Origin: an uncultured beta proteobacterium
Lineage (GTDB): Bacteria; Pseudomonadota; Gammaproteobacteria; Burkholderiales; Casimicrobiaceae
Length of the DNA: 64,000 nt
Direction: 5' to 3'
Assembly (NCBI GenBank): GCA_963843595.1
Contig: CAWJLG010000008.1
Span: forward strand, 115,434-179,433
Each line of letters starts with the position of its first letter. The stretch's first letter is position 1. This document shows, piece by piece, positions 9,364 to 23,085 of this stretch. The position numbers and the translations under genes are program-made. The notes beneath the pieces were generated by a model. It saw nothing but the letters and a program-made list of their open reading frames with translations. It had not been told where the DNA came from and made no database searches.

Positions 9364-10761
9364 TCAGCTGCCGCGTGCGCCCGGCGGGCGGCGGCTGTGC
9401 GCGACCAGCTTCAGGACCGCGATCGAGGCGAGGCGCGTGCGCACGCTGTCGGCGCGCGACGTCAGGACGATCGGGACACGCGCGCCGAGCACGATGCCGG
9501 CCGCGTCGGCTCCGGCAAGGTATTGCAGCTGCTTGGCAAGCATGTTGCCGGCCTCCAGATCGGGCACGAGCAGGATGTCGGCGTGACCCGCCACCGGCGA
9601 CACGATCTTCTTGGCTCGCGCGGCCTCGGCGGAGATCGCGTTGTCGAACGCCAGCGGCCCGTCGAGCGTGCCGCCCGTGATCTGGCCGCGATCGGCCATC
9701 TTGCACAACGCCGCGGCGTCGAGCGTCGACTGAATCTTCGGATTGATCGTCTCCACCGCGGACAGGATCGCGACCTTCGGCTTCTCGATGCCGAGCACAC
9801 GAGCAAGTTCGATCGCGTTCTGCACGATGTCGACCTTGGCCTCCAGATCGGGAAAGATGTTGACGGCGGCGTCGGTCACCAGCAGCAGCTTGGGGTACGT
9901 CGGCACGTCCATCACGAACACGTGGCTGATCCGGCGCGCGGTGCGCAGGCCGGTGGCCGACGGCACCACGGCGGCCATCAGCTCGTCCGTGTGGAGGCTG
10001 CCCTTCATCAGCGCCTCGACTTCCCCGCCGCGCGCCATGGCCACGGCACGCTCGGCGGCCGCCGTGCTGTGCTCGGTCGAGACGATCCGGTACGGCGCGA
10101 TGTCGGCGCCCTCGGCCTTCGCGACCGCACGAATCTTAGCTTCCGGCCCGACGAGCACGGGGATGATGAGTCCGCGCCGGGCGGCCTCGATCGGTCCCAG
10201 CAGCGAATCGCGGTCGCAGGGGTGGACGATCGCGCAGGTGACGGGCGAAAGACCCTGGCATTGGGCGAGCAGCTTCGCAAACCCGTCGTTGCGACGGAGG
10301 ATGACCTCCGGCGTGGCGACATTCGAGTACTTGACTACCGCGGTCGGCGCGGCGACGGTCGTAATTCCCTCGACCAAGGTTTCGCCACGCTGGTTGGTGC
10401 AGACGCACTCGAAATCGATCTTGTGGCCGCGCTCGTGCTTCGCCTTCGCCGTCACGGTCGCAGTCAGCGTGTCGCCGGCGCGGAGCATTCCTGCATAGTG
10501 GAGCTGGGTACCGACGATCCGGCTGCCGGGGCCGGGCAGCCGGCGAAGCAGCATGCCCGAGATCATCGCGATCGCCGCGGCACCGGGCGCCGCCAGTGCT
10601 TCGCCGCGCGCGGGGTTGGTACCTTCGAGGTGGAACGGATCGACCTCCCCCGCGGCCATCGCCAAGGCTTCGACCTCGGCCGCGGAGACCGTCCGCTTCG
10701 CGGTTTCGGTCGCGCCGACGGCGATGTCGTCGTACATCCGATTGCGGAATTCGGTCATCAT
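9364..10761 (-). CDS. bifunctional MaoC-like enoyl-CoA hydratase / phosphate acetyl(butyryl)transferase fusion
   Basis: N-terminal hot-dog MaoC-like region (DDIAVGATETAKRTV...DPFHLE). The C-terminal roughly 300 aa are Pta/Ptb-like (HPCDRDSLLG..VLVGPEAKIR..GHADILLVPDLEAGNMLAK). Confidence 0.85.
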   Translation of the reverse strand: MMTEFRNRMYDDIAVGATETAKRTVSAAEVEALAMAAGEVDPFHLEGTNPARGEALAAPGAAAIAMISGMLLRRLPGPGSRIVGTQLHYAGMLRAGDTLTATVTAKAKHERGHKIDFECVCTNQRGETLVEGITTVAAPTAVVKYSNVATPEVILRRNDGFAKLLAQCQGLSPVTCAIVHPCDRDSLLGPIEAARRGLIIPVLVGPEAKIRAVAKAEGADIAPYRIVSTEHSTAAAERAVAMARGGEVEALMKGSLHTDELMAAVVPSATGLRTARRISHVFVMDVPTYPKLLLVTDAAVNIFPDLEAKVDIVQNAIELARVLGIEKPKVAILSAVETINPKIQSTLDAAALCKMADRGQITGGTLDGPLAFDNAISAEAARAKKIVSPVAGHADILLVPDLEAGNMLAKQLQYLAGADAAGIVLGARVPIVLTSRADSVRTRLASIAVLKLVAHSRRPPGARGS

Positions 10762-10765
10762 CGCG

Positions 10766-11116
10766 CTATGCCATCAGACGCGGCGGCGCACAGGCCGTCG
10801 AACAACGTCTCATACCCTGATGAAGCAGCGTGGGCCTGCCGGCCTGCTCATTCGCCAGCCTGTTGTTGCCGCGCTCGCGCAACGCATCCCGGAAGAGGAC
10901 CGAGCGCTGGGCCGCATCGACCGAGAACCGCCAGGCGTCCTGCCAGAGTTCCAGCGGCGTCTTCGGGGTTGCCGCCGATGCGATGGTCGCCGAGGCCGCC
11001 GACTGCAGGCGCCCGGTATAGCGGTTGCGCGCCGACTTCAGGCGCCGCTCGAGCACGTTGGCTAGCCCACGGGAAATCGGCGAGGCGCGATCGATCGTCG
11101 TGTTGAGGTCCGTCAT
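10766..11116 (-). CDS. small hypothetical protein; resembles only the N-terminal part of a larger (DUF3141-like) family, so possibly a truncated remnant
   Basis: ATG at 11116 (the track start 11122 is TTG). MTDLNTTIDRASPISRGL...TPLELWQDAWRFSVDAAQRSVLFRDALRERGNNRLANEQAGRPTLLH. A TAG stop lies 4 nt before the Pta-fusion ATG. The family assignment is from memory and is not verified. Confidence 0.4.
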   Translation of the reverse strand: MTDLNTTIDRASPISRGLANVLERRLKSARNRYTGRLQSAASATIASAATPKTPLELWQDAWRFSVDAAQRSVLFRDALRERGNNRLANEQAGRPTLLHQGMRRCSTACAPPRLMA

Positions 11117-11197
11117 GGCCAAATCATCCGCATTTTGCTGCGATGCAACATTCTAGCGCGATTAACGTGGCACGACAATGACTTGGGGCAAAGGAAA

Positions 11198-11224
11198 GGG
11201 GGCGGCCAGCAGCCGCCCCCTTTT
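11198..11224 (-). terminator. GC-rich hairpin terminator downstream of atpC (symmetrical, could act in both directions)
   Basis: GGGGGCGGC-cagca-GCCGCCCCC (9-bp stem) flanked by AAAGG / TTTT. It lies 39 nt past the atpC stop in the atp transcription direction. Confidence 0.7.
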
Positions 11225-11262
11225 CCGCATTGCAGCGCGAGCGCCCGCGAGGCGCCTCGACG

Positions 11263-11685
11263 TCAGGCCCGGTGGCGCATCTTCCGGATCGCCTCGAGTT
11301 GCGCCACCGCGATGGAAAGCTCGGCTTCCGCGGTCGCGATTTCCTCTTCGGAGTTCTTGTTCTGCATGGCTTCCTCGGCCGCCCGCTTGGCTTCGGTCGC
11401 CTTGACCTCGTCCAGATCCTTGGCGCGGATGGCGGTGTCGGCCAGCACCGTCACGTGCTTGGGCTGCACCTCGAGGAACCCGCCCTGCACGAACACGAGC
11501 TCGTCCTCGTCCTTGCCCGGCACCTTGATGCGCAGCGCGCCCGGCTTGATCTGCGTCAGCAGCGGGGCGTGGCGCGGGTAGATGCCGAGCTCGCCGACCA
11601 CGCCGGGCACGACGACGAACTCCGCTTCCCCGGAAAAGATCAGCTCTTCCGCGCTGACGACATCCACCAGAATCGTGTGGGCCAC
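11263..11685 (-). CDS. atpC: F1 ATP synthase epsilon subunit
   Basis: [44 protein letters not shown]. Last gene of the atp operon. Confidence 0.95.
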   Translation of the reverse strand: MAHTILVDVVSAEELIFSGEAEFVVVPGVVGELGIYPRHAPLLTQIKPGALRIKVPGKDEDELVFVQGGFLEVQPKHVTVLADTAIRAKDLDEVKATEAKRAAEEAMQNKNSEEEIATAEAELSIAVAQLEAIRKMRHRA

Positions 11686-11720
11686 TGGTTACTCCTTCAC
11701 CCTTTCATCCGTTCACCGCC

Positions 11721-14064
<2,344 letters not shown>

Positions 14065-14081
14065 GGCTCTTGTCCTTCCTG

Positions 14082-14160
14082 GGGGTCAGATCCGTAATAC
14101 GACGCGCGATTGACCGGAGTGCGGCAACGCTTGGCTGCGTCGTATTACGGATCTGACCCC
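14082..14160 (-). repeat. perfect 24-bp inverted repeat (arms 14082-14105 and 14137-14160, 31-nt loop) in the atpA-atpG spacer
   Basis: GGGGTCAGATCCGTAATACGACGC ... GCGTCGTATTACGGATCTGACCCC, read directly from the sequence. It fills most of the 102-nt intergenic gap and abuts the atpG AGGAAGGA ribosome-binding site. Confidence 0.9.
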
Positions 14161-14166
14161 TGTCGA

Positions 14167-15708
<1,542 letters not shown>

Positions 15709-15765
15709 GATGGTTCCTCGCGTCGCGCCGGAAGGCCTGCTGCCGGCGTCACGGTGATTTGGAAA

Positions 15766-16302
15766 TTAGGCCCGCAACTGGTTGGCCATCGCCTCGAGCT
15801 GCGCCTGCACCGACCCGTCGATCACGGTGTCGCCGACGGTCACCCGCGCGCCACCGATCAACGATGGGTCGACGCTGACCGTCGCCTCGATCCGCTTGCC
15901 GAAGCGCTTTTCCAGCGCCGCCTTGAGCTCGGCGACCTGCGCATCGGACAGCGCGAAGGCGGAGGCGATGGTCGCCTGGGCCACGCCCTCCGCGTCGTTC
16001 TTGAGATCCTCGAACAGCGCAGCGATCTGCGGCAGCAGCGTGACGCGATCGCTCTCGACCAGCACGCGGACGAAGTTGCGCCCCAGCGAATCGAGCTTGT
16101 CGCCGCAAACCGAGAGGACCAGCGATTCCTTGTTCCCGGCGGTGAGCTTCGGGTTGTCGAGCGCTCCGGCCATCTGCGGGTCGGCAACCACCGCGCCGAC
16201 CAGTCGCAGCATCTGCGACCAGGCCGGCAGGGCGTTCTTCTCGCGGGCCAGCCGGAACGCGGCTTCGGCGTACGGGCGGGCAATCGTGATCAGTTCGGCC
16301 AT
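15766..16302 (-). CDS. atpH: F1 ATP synthase delta (OSCP) subunit
   Basis: MAELITIARPYAEAAFRLA...SLIGGARVTVGDTVIDGSVQAQL. Confidence 0.95.
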   Translation of the reverse strand: MAELITIARPYAEAAFRLAREKNALPAWSQMLRLVGAVVADPQMAGALDNPKLTAGNKESLVLSVCGDKLDSLGRNFVRVLVESDRVTLLPQIAALFEDLKNDAEGVAQATIASAFALSDAQVAELKAALEKRFGKRIEATVSVDPSLIGGARVTVGDTVIDGSVQAQLEAMANQLRA

Positions 16303-16314
16303 GGCGCGCGTCGC

Positions 16315-16785
16315 CTACAGTTCCTGCCGGATCGCGGCGAGGAGATCCGCATGCGCCTTGGCGTCGACTTCGCGCTTCAGGATCTTGGTCGCGCCGGCGA
16401 CGGCGAGATCGGAGACCTGGTTGCGCAGCGATTCCTTCGCCCGGGCGACTTCCTGCTGGATCTCGGCCTTCGCGGCCGTGAGGATGCGGTCGGCTTCGGC
16501 CTTGGCCTCCGCTTTCGCCGCGTCGATCGTCTCGCTCTTGAGCTTCTCGCCCTGGGCGATGATCTCGTGCGAGTGCGACTTGGCCTCGGCCAGCATGTCG
16601 GCGATCCGCTTTTCGGCGCTGGCGAGGCTCTGCTTGCCCTGCTCGCCGGCGGCCAGGCCGTCGGCGATCTGCTTCTGGCGGGTGTCGATGGCGCGCATCA
16701 GCGGCGGCCACACGAATTTCGCCGTGAACCAGATGAAGGCCGCGAACGCGACGGCCTGCATCAGCAGCGTCAGGTTGATGTTCAT
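16315..16785 (-). CDS. atpF: F0 ATP synthase subunit b
   Basis: An N-terminal TM helix ([23 protein letters not shown]) followed by a long charged coiled coil. Position in the operon fits. Confidence 0.94.
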   Translation of the reverse strand: MNINLTLLMQAVAFAAFIWFTAKFVWPPLMRAIDTRQKQIADGLAAGEQGKQSLASAEKRIADMLAEAKSHSHEIIAQGEKLKSETIDAAKAEAKAEADRILTAAKAEIQQEVARAKESLRNQVSDLAVAGATKILKREVDAKAHADLLAAIRQEL

Positions 16786-16821
16786 GGCTGCCCCCTGGCA
16801 GTGTGATTGGCGCGGGAGCCC

Positions 16822-17956
<1,135 letters not shown>

Positions 17957-17974
17957 CGCTTTAGTCCCGGAATC

Positions 17975-18355
17975 CTAGTCGCGAACGAAAAATGCCATGC
18001 TGAACACGATCACCGTGGCCACGAACGCAGCGAAGAATGCCCCGAGCACGATGTCCTTGTACGTCGACAACACCAGCCACAACTGGGCGAGGATCAGCAT
18101 CACCTTGGTCGCCTCCGCCCGGAACATCGCCACGAGCGGAACCGCCGGACCCCGCGGCCGCCCGTCACCCAGCGACAGCTGCAGGATGAACGCGAACACC
18201 ACGCCGGCCGACAGGTTGACCACACCGCCCAGTGCCGCGGACAGCGCTCCGTGCCACCCTGCCCAGATTCCGGCGATCGCCGCGATCGCCAGCGTGACGA
18301 TCGCCTGCCATTTGAGGACGGTGCGGAACGGTCGTGACTTGAGCGGGGGAATCAC
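17975..18355 (-). CDS. atpI: ATP synthase protein I
   Basis: Small 4-TM protein directly upstream of atpB. GTG start at 18355. Confidence 0.8.
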   Translation of the reverse strand: MIPPLKSRPFRTVLKWQAIVTLAIAAIAGIWAGWHGALSAALGGVVNLSAGVVFAFILQLSLGDGRPRGPAVPLVAMFRAEATKVMLILAQLWLVLSTYKDIVLGAFFAAFVATVIVFSMAFFVRD

Positions 18356-18410
18356 CCTGCGCGGTGCGCCCCGGGAACGCGGGACCCTACCGGCTTAACC
18401 AAACCGTCGA

Positions 18411-18440
18411 ATTATAGCGGTTCCCCGCATTGCCCGGCAA
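18411..18440 (-). promoter_or_regulatory. candidate sigma70 promoter of the atp operon
   Basis: Reverse strand reads TTGCCG (18440-18435) - 18 nt - TATAAT (18416-18411), about 55 nt upstream of atpI. Confidence 0.4.
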
Positions 18441-18515
18441 TGAAGATGGTGCGCCGCAATGAGCCGGCGGCGCGCGTGCCGCACCCCGATGGATCGGGGC
18501 CGTGCCCGCAGGCGA

Positions 18516-18818
18516 CTAACCGCCGGAGAGGGCGCCGACGATCATGAGTTCGCCACCGCGCGGAACCAGCACCCCGAGATCGCGGACGAGGCTCGCTTGG
18601 ACGAACAACTTGACGTGCGGGCGGACCGCGCCCTGCTCGTCGACGAGGCGAAAACGCAGGCCCGGGTAGCGGGTGTCGAGCGCGGCGAGCGTTTCGGCGA
18701 CCGTTGGCGCCCCCGAAACGGGTAGCTCGATCTCGCGCGTGCCACCGGTATAGGCGTCGACGAGGCCGGGCAGGCGCACCCGGATCGTCGCGGCACCGGT
18801 GTCATCACGGCCGCGCAT
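18516..18818 (-). CDS. MoaD/ThiS-family ubiquitin-like small protein (C-terminal Gly-Gly)
   Basis: 100 aa ending ..MIVGALSGG*, with a beta-grasp-like pattern (IRVRLPGLV...VRPHVKLFVQ). The ATG lies 3 nt after the stop of the upstream BNR gene. Confidence 0.75.
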   Translation of the reverse strand: MRGRDDTGAATIRVRLPGLVDAYTGGTREIELPVSGAPTVAETLAALDTRYPGLRFRLVDEQGAVRPHVKLFVQASLVRDLGVLVPRGGELMIVGALSGG

Positions 18819-18821
18819 GGG

Positions 18822-19958
18822 TCACGCCGCTTCCACCGCGTAGATATGGGGCAGGTGCCGCGCCAGGCATTTCCAGGTACGGCCCTCGTCACGGCTCCCC
18901 CACAGTTCACCGCTTGTGGTGCCGAAGTAAATGCCCACTGTTGCATTCTGGTCCGCGGCCAGGGCTTGTCGCTTCACCGTCCACCAGGCTTGCGCGGAGG
19001 GCAGCCCCGTCGCTTGGCGCTGCCACGTTCGTCCCGCGTTCACCGAGCGATAGACGGCCGGCCGGCCGGCCGGCGCGACGCGCGGCCAGACCTTTGTCCC
19101 GTCCATCGGAAATATCCACAGGGTATCCGGATCGCGCGGATGCACGACCAACGGGAAACCGATCGCCCCCACCGATTTCGGCATCCCGCCACCGATATCG
19201 GTCCAGCGCTCCGCCGGGCGGTCGAGCCGGAAGAGTCCGCAATGGTTCTGCTGATACAGGCGGTCGGGCATCGCCGGATGCAGGCGCACACAGTGCGGGT
19301 CGTGACCGTACTCCGGATCCGGGACCGGCAGGAAGTCGGCCTTCACGCCCCGGTTCAGCGGCCGCCAGTCGGTCCCGCCCGTCGCGGATTCGAACGTGCC
19401 CCCGCTCGACATGCTGATGTACAGGTGCGCGGGATCGCGCGGATCCACCAGGATCGAGTGCAGCTTCGGGCCGTCCGGCGTTCCGTCCTGGTCGCCACCG
19501 CACCAGGTCTTGCGCTGCGGATGCTCGTTGAATCCGTCGACGCCCGTCCACGTCGCCCCGCCGTCGCTCGATCGGAAAAGACCCTGCGGGGACGTGCCGG
19601 CATACCAGACCCCGGGTTCCGACACGTGCCCCGGCGTTAGCCAGAACGTGTGCTCGACGGTGCGCCCGCTACCTTCGCGGAACGCGGGAGGCCGGATCGC
19701 TTCCTTCCAGGTGCGCCCGCGATCGAGCGAGCGAAATATCGTCGGGCCGAGATGTCCGGTGCGGGCTGCCGCCAGAATCGTCTTGCCGTCACGTGGATCG
19801 AGTACCGCGTGATGGACGATGTTGCCGAGAAATTGGGGGCCGGCGAGCGCCCAGCTGCGCCGGGCTGCATCTGCGGTCAGCGTCCACAGTCCCTTGCGGG
19901 TGGCGACGAGGAGCAGCGTCTTGCGCGCTGCGACGGTCGGCTTGCTGCGCGTTGCCAT
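18822..19958 (-). CDS. BNR/Asp-box repeat beta-propeller protein (sialidase-fold / Ycf48-like)
   Basis: ATG at 19958 (codon 108 of the ORF) preceded by GGGAGGA. Repeated SxDxGxTW boxes: SLDRGRTW, SSDGGATW, SVNAGRTW, SRDEGRTW. Confidence 0.8.
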   Translation of the reverse strand: MATRSKPTVAARKTLLLVATRKGLWTLTADAARRSWALAGPQFLGNIVHHAVLDPRDGKTILAAARTGHLGPTIFRSLDRGRTWKEAIRPPAFREGSGRTVEHTFWLTPGHVSEPGVWYAGTSPQGLFRSSDGGATWTGVDGFNEHPQRKTWCGGDQDGTPDGPKLHSILVDPRDPAHLYISMSSGGTFESATGGTDWRPLNRGVKADFLPVPDPEYGHDPHCVRLHPAMPDRLYQQNHCGLFRLDRPAERWTDIGGGMPKSVGAIGFPLVVHPRDPDTLWIFPMDGTKVWPRVAPAGRPAVYRSVNAGRTWQRQATGLPSAQAWWTVKRQALAADQNATVGIYFGTTSGELWGSRDEGRTWKCLARHLPHIYAVEAA

Positions 19959-20099
19959 GGCGTATCCTCCCGAGCACGGCTCCAAGGTCGCAACGCTACC
20001 CCCGTCGCGGAAGCCCGTCCAGAGGATGGGGTTGAAATCCGGACGCAGTGCTGCGATTCTCGACCGCTCTGTCCAGCCCACCATCCGCGAGGAGATTCC

Positions 20100-20606
20100 A
20101 TGACGATCAAGGTCGGCGACAAGCTGCCTGCGGGCACGCTGTCCGAGTACATCGAAGTTGAAGGCAACGGCTGCAGCATCGGGCCGAACGAATTCAAGAT
20201 CGATGCGCTCACCCAGGGCAAGAAGGTCGTGATCTTCGGCCTGCCCGGCGCGTTCACCCCAACCTGCTCGGCGAAACACGTGCCGAGCTACGCCGCCAAC
20301 ATCGACAAGCTCAAGGCCAAAGGCGTGTCCGACGTCATCTGCATGTCGGTCAACGACGCGTTCGTGATGGGCGCGTGGGCGCGCGACCAGAAGACGGCGG
20401 GGAAGGTGCGGATGATGGGCGACGGCAGCGCCGCCTACACCAAGGCACTCGGCCTCGAGCTGGACCTCACGGCCAAGGGACTCGGCATGCGCTGCCAGCG
20501 CTTTTCGATGCTGGTCGACAACGGTGTGGTGAAGACCCTCAACATCGAGGCCCCGGGCAAGTACGAGGTCTCCGGCGCCGAGACCTTGTTGAAGCAGCTC
20601 GGTTGA
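20100..20606 (+). CDS. peroxiredoxin, Prx5/PrxD (AhpC/TSA) type
   Basis: ATG at 20100 preceded by GAGGAG. MTIKVGDKLP..VVIFGLPGAFTPTCS (peroxidatic Cys motif). Length 168 aa. Confidence 0.92.
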   Translation: MTIKVGDKLPAGTLSEYIEVEGNGCSIGPNEFKIDALTQGKKVVIFGLPGAFTPTCSAKHVPSYAANIDKLKAKGVSDVICMSVNDAFVMGAWARDQKTAGKVRMMGDGSAAYTKALGLELDLTAKGLGMRCQRFSMLVDNGVVKTLNIEAPGKYEVSGAETLLKQLG

Positions 20607-20691
20607 CCCTCCCGCGTGCTCGCGGCGCGCGGTTGCCCATGCTGCCGCGCGCTGCGTGCCGCGACGCGCGTTCGCTGCTGCGCGCCGGATC

Positions 20692-21546
20692 TCAGCGCAG
20701 CTTTGCGATGATCCCGTCGAGCGCTTCGAGGCTCGAATAGCTGATCACCAGGCGCCCGGAGCCGCCTTTTTTCGGCTCGATCGCGACCGTTGCGCCCAGC
20801 GCCTCGGCCAGCTCTTCCTGCAAACGTGCGAGATCCGGATCGGCCGCGCGGGGCGTTCGTTTCGCCTTCCCCGTCCGCGGATGGGCGAGCGCATGCACGA
20901 GACGCTCGGTTTCGCGCACCGACAGGCCCTGCGCCACGACACGCGACGCGGCCGCTGTCTGCTGGCCGGCGCTCGAAAGGCCGAGCAGGGCGCGCGCGTG
21001 GCCCATGTCGAGCTTGCCGCCCAGCAGGTATTCCTGCACGGGTCGGGCGAGCTCGCGCAGCCGCAGCAGATTGGTGACCGCGCTGCGTGAGCGCCCGACC
21101 GCCTTCGCGGCGGCCTCGTGGGTGAGGCCAAATTCGGCGATCAAGCGGTGGATCCCCTGCGCCTCCTCGAGCGGATTGAGATTCTCGCGCTGAATGTTCT
21201 CGATCAGCGCCAACGCGAGCGCCGCCTGGTCGGGCACCGTCTTCACCAGTGCCGGCACTTCGCGCAACCCGGCCCGCTGCGCCGCGCGCCAGCGCCGCTC
21301 GCCCGCAATGATCTCGAATCGGCCGCCGTCGACCGGCCGCACCAGGATCGGCTGCATGATTCCCTGTTCGCGAATCGACGCGGCGAGTTCCTCGAGCGAC
21401 GCCTCGTCCATCTTCGTGCGCGGTTGATACTTGCCGGGTCGCAATCGATCGATCGCGAGCGTCTGCAGCGAATCGCGCGTGCCGGCCTCGTCGGAGCCTG
21501 CAAGCAGCGCGTCGAGGCCGCGGCCGAGCCCCTTGGGTCGGATCAT
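20692..21546 (-). CDS. parB: chromosome partitioning protein ParB/Spo0J
   Basis: ATG at 21546 (codon 50). MIRPKGLGRGLDALL..GERRWRAAQRAG..ALIENIQRENLNPLEEA. Confidence 0.95.
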   Translation of the reverse strand: MIRPKGLGRGLDALLAGSDEAGTRDSLQTLAIDRLRPGKYQPRTKMDEASLEELAASIREQGIMQPILVRPVDGGRFEIIAGERRWRAAQRAGLREVPALVKTVPDQAALALALIENIQRENLNPLEEAQGIHRLIAEFGLTHEAAAKAVGRSRSAVTNLLRLRELARPVQEYLLGGKLDMGHARALLGLSSAGQQTAAASRVVAQGLSVRETERLVHALAHPRTGKAKRTPRAADPDLARLQEELAEALGATVAIEPKKGGSGRLVISYSSLEALDGIIAKLR

Positions 21547-21568
21547 CGTCTGGCTCCTGGGCCGCGCG

Positions 21569-22399
21569 TCACGCCGCCGCCGCGGCCGGCGCGGGGTGCT
21601 CCGCTTCCATCCGGCGCAGCATCTCACCGGCGAGCGCCAGGTACGCGATGGCGCCTTTCGAGGTCTTGTCGAGACGTAGCGCCGGAATCCCATGCGACGG
21701 TGCCTCGGCGAGACGGATGTTGCGCGGGATCACCGTGCGGTACACCTTCTCGCCAAAGTGCTTCTCCAGCTCCGCGGCCACGTTCAGGGCCAGCGTGTTG
21801 CGCGGGTCATACATCGTCCGCAGCAGGCCCTCGATCTCGAGACGCGGATTCAGATGCGCGCGTACCTTCTTCAGCGTCTGCACGAGGTCCGACAGCCCCT
21901 CGAGCGCGTAGTACTCGCACTGCATGGGGATGAGCACGGAATCCGCGGCGCACAGCCCGTTCAGCGTGAGCAGCGACAGCGACGGCGGACAGTCGAGCAG
22001 GATGAAATCGTATTCGGGCGCGACCTCGGTAATCGCGGCGCGCATCTGCTGCAGTGCCTCGGCAAGCGCGTCCTTGAGCCGCATCTCGCGCTCCGGCAGG
22101 TCCACCAGCTCGACTTCGGCGCCGGCGAGCTCACGGTTCGCCGGCACGACGTCGAAGCCGCCGGTCGGCGACGGCACGCGCACATCGGCGATCTTTCGCT
22201 CGCCGAGCAGCACGTGATACACGGTCGCCACCAGTGCCCGCTTGTCGAGGCCGGCGCCGGTCGTGGCGTTGCCCTGCGGATCGAGATCGACCAGCAGCAC
22301 GCGCCGCTTCATCGCCACGAGACTGGCGGCGAGGTTGACGGAGGTCGTCGTCTTGCCGACGCCGCCTTTCTGGTTTGCGACTGCGATGATCTTGGTCAC
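21569..22399 (-). CDS. parA: chromosome partitioning ATPase ParA/Soj
   Basis: VTKIIAVANQKGGVGKTTTSVNLAASL..LLDCPPSL..IPRNIRLAEAPSHG. The GTG at 22399 aligns best with the Soj N-terminus. An upstream GTG at 22444 would overlap the rsmG stop (GTGA) and is an alternative start. Confidence 0.92.
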   Translation of the reverse strand: MTKIIAVANQKGGVGKTTTSVNLAASLVAMKRRVLLVDLDPQGNATTGAGLDKRALVATVYHVLLGERKIADVRVPSPTGGFDVVPANRELAGAEVELVDLPEREMRLKDALAEALQQMRAAITEVAPEYDFILLDCPPSLSLLTLNGLCAADSVLIPMQCEYYALEGLSDLVQTLKKVRAHLNPRLEIEGLLRTMYDPRNTLALNVAAELEKHFGEKVYRTVIPRNIRLAEAPSHGIPALRLDKTSKGAIAYLALAGEMLRRMEAEHPAPAAAAA

Positions 22400-22440
22400 G
22401 GGCGCGGCTTTCACCTCGATGGGCGGGTCATGCGCGAGGC

Positions 22441-23085
22441 TCACGTGTCGCGCTCGATGATGACGAGATGCCGTTCGGCATCGAGACCGGGAACCGTCAG
22501 CGTCGGCAATGCCTTCACCCGGAAGCCCGCGGGCAGGTGCGCAAGCTCCTCGTCCGGGTAGACGCCTTTCATCGCGACCAGTTCGCCTCCCGGAGCGAGA
22601 TGCCGCGCACTCGTCTCGACGAAGGTCGCAAGGTCGGCGAAGGCGCGCGAGATCACGACGTCGAACGGCGCGGTCGGCACGTAGTCCTCGACGCGCGACG
22701 TCGTCGCCTGCGCATTGGCGAGCGCGAGCTCGATGATCGCCTGCTGCAGAAACGCGCCCTTCTTGTGGTTGCTGTCGAGCGCGACGACCTGCCACGCGGG
22801 ACGCGCGATCGCCAGCGGAAGGCCCGGAACTCCGCCGCCGCTGCCGACGTCGAGAACGCGCACGCCGGCGCGCGCAGGAAGATGCGGCAGCGTCACGAGT
22901 GCATCGAGCACGTGATGCGTGACCATCCGCTCGGGATCACGGATTGCCGTCAGGTTGTGCGTCCGGTTCCATTTCGCGAGCAGCGCCAGATAGGCGGCAA
23001 GCTTCCCTCCTGCGCCCGCAGGCAGCGTGATTCCGCGCGCCGCGAGCGCCGCGAGCCCCTCGTCGAGATCGAGTGCCGCGATCAT
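22441..23085 (-). CDS. rsmG: 16S rRNA (guanine527-N7)-methyltransferase RsmG (GidB)
   Basis: [44 protein letters not shown]. Its ATG overlaps the mnmG stop (ATGA). Confidence 0.94.
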   Translation of the reverse strand: MIAALDLDEGLAALAARGITLPAGAGGKLAAYLALLAKWNRTHNLTAIRDPERMVTHHVLDALVTLPHLPARAGVRVLDVGSGGGVPGLPLAIARPAWQVVALDSNHKKGAFLQQAIIELALANAQATTSRVEDYVPTAPFDVVISRAFADLATFVETSARHLAPGGELVAMKGVYPDEELAHLPAGFRVKALPTLTVPGLDAERHLVIIERDT

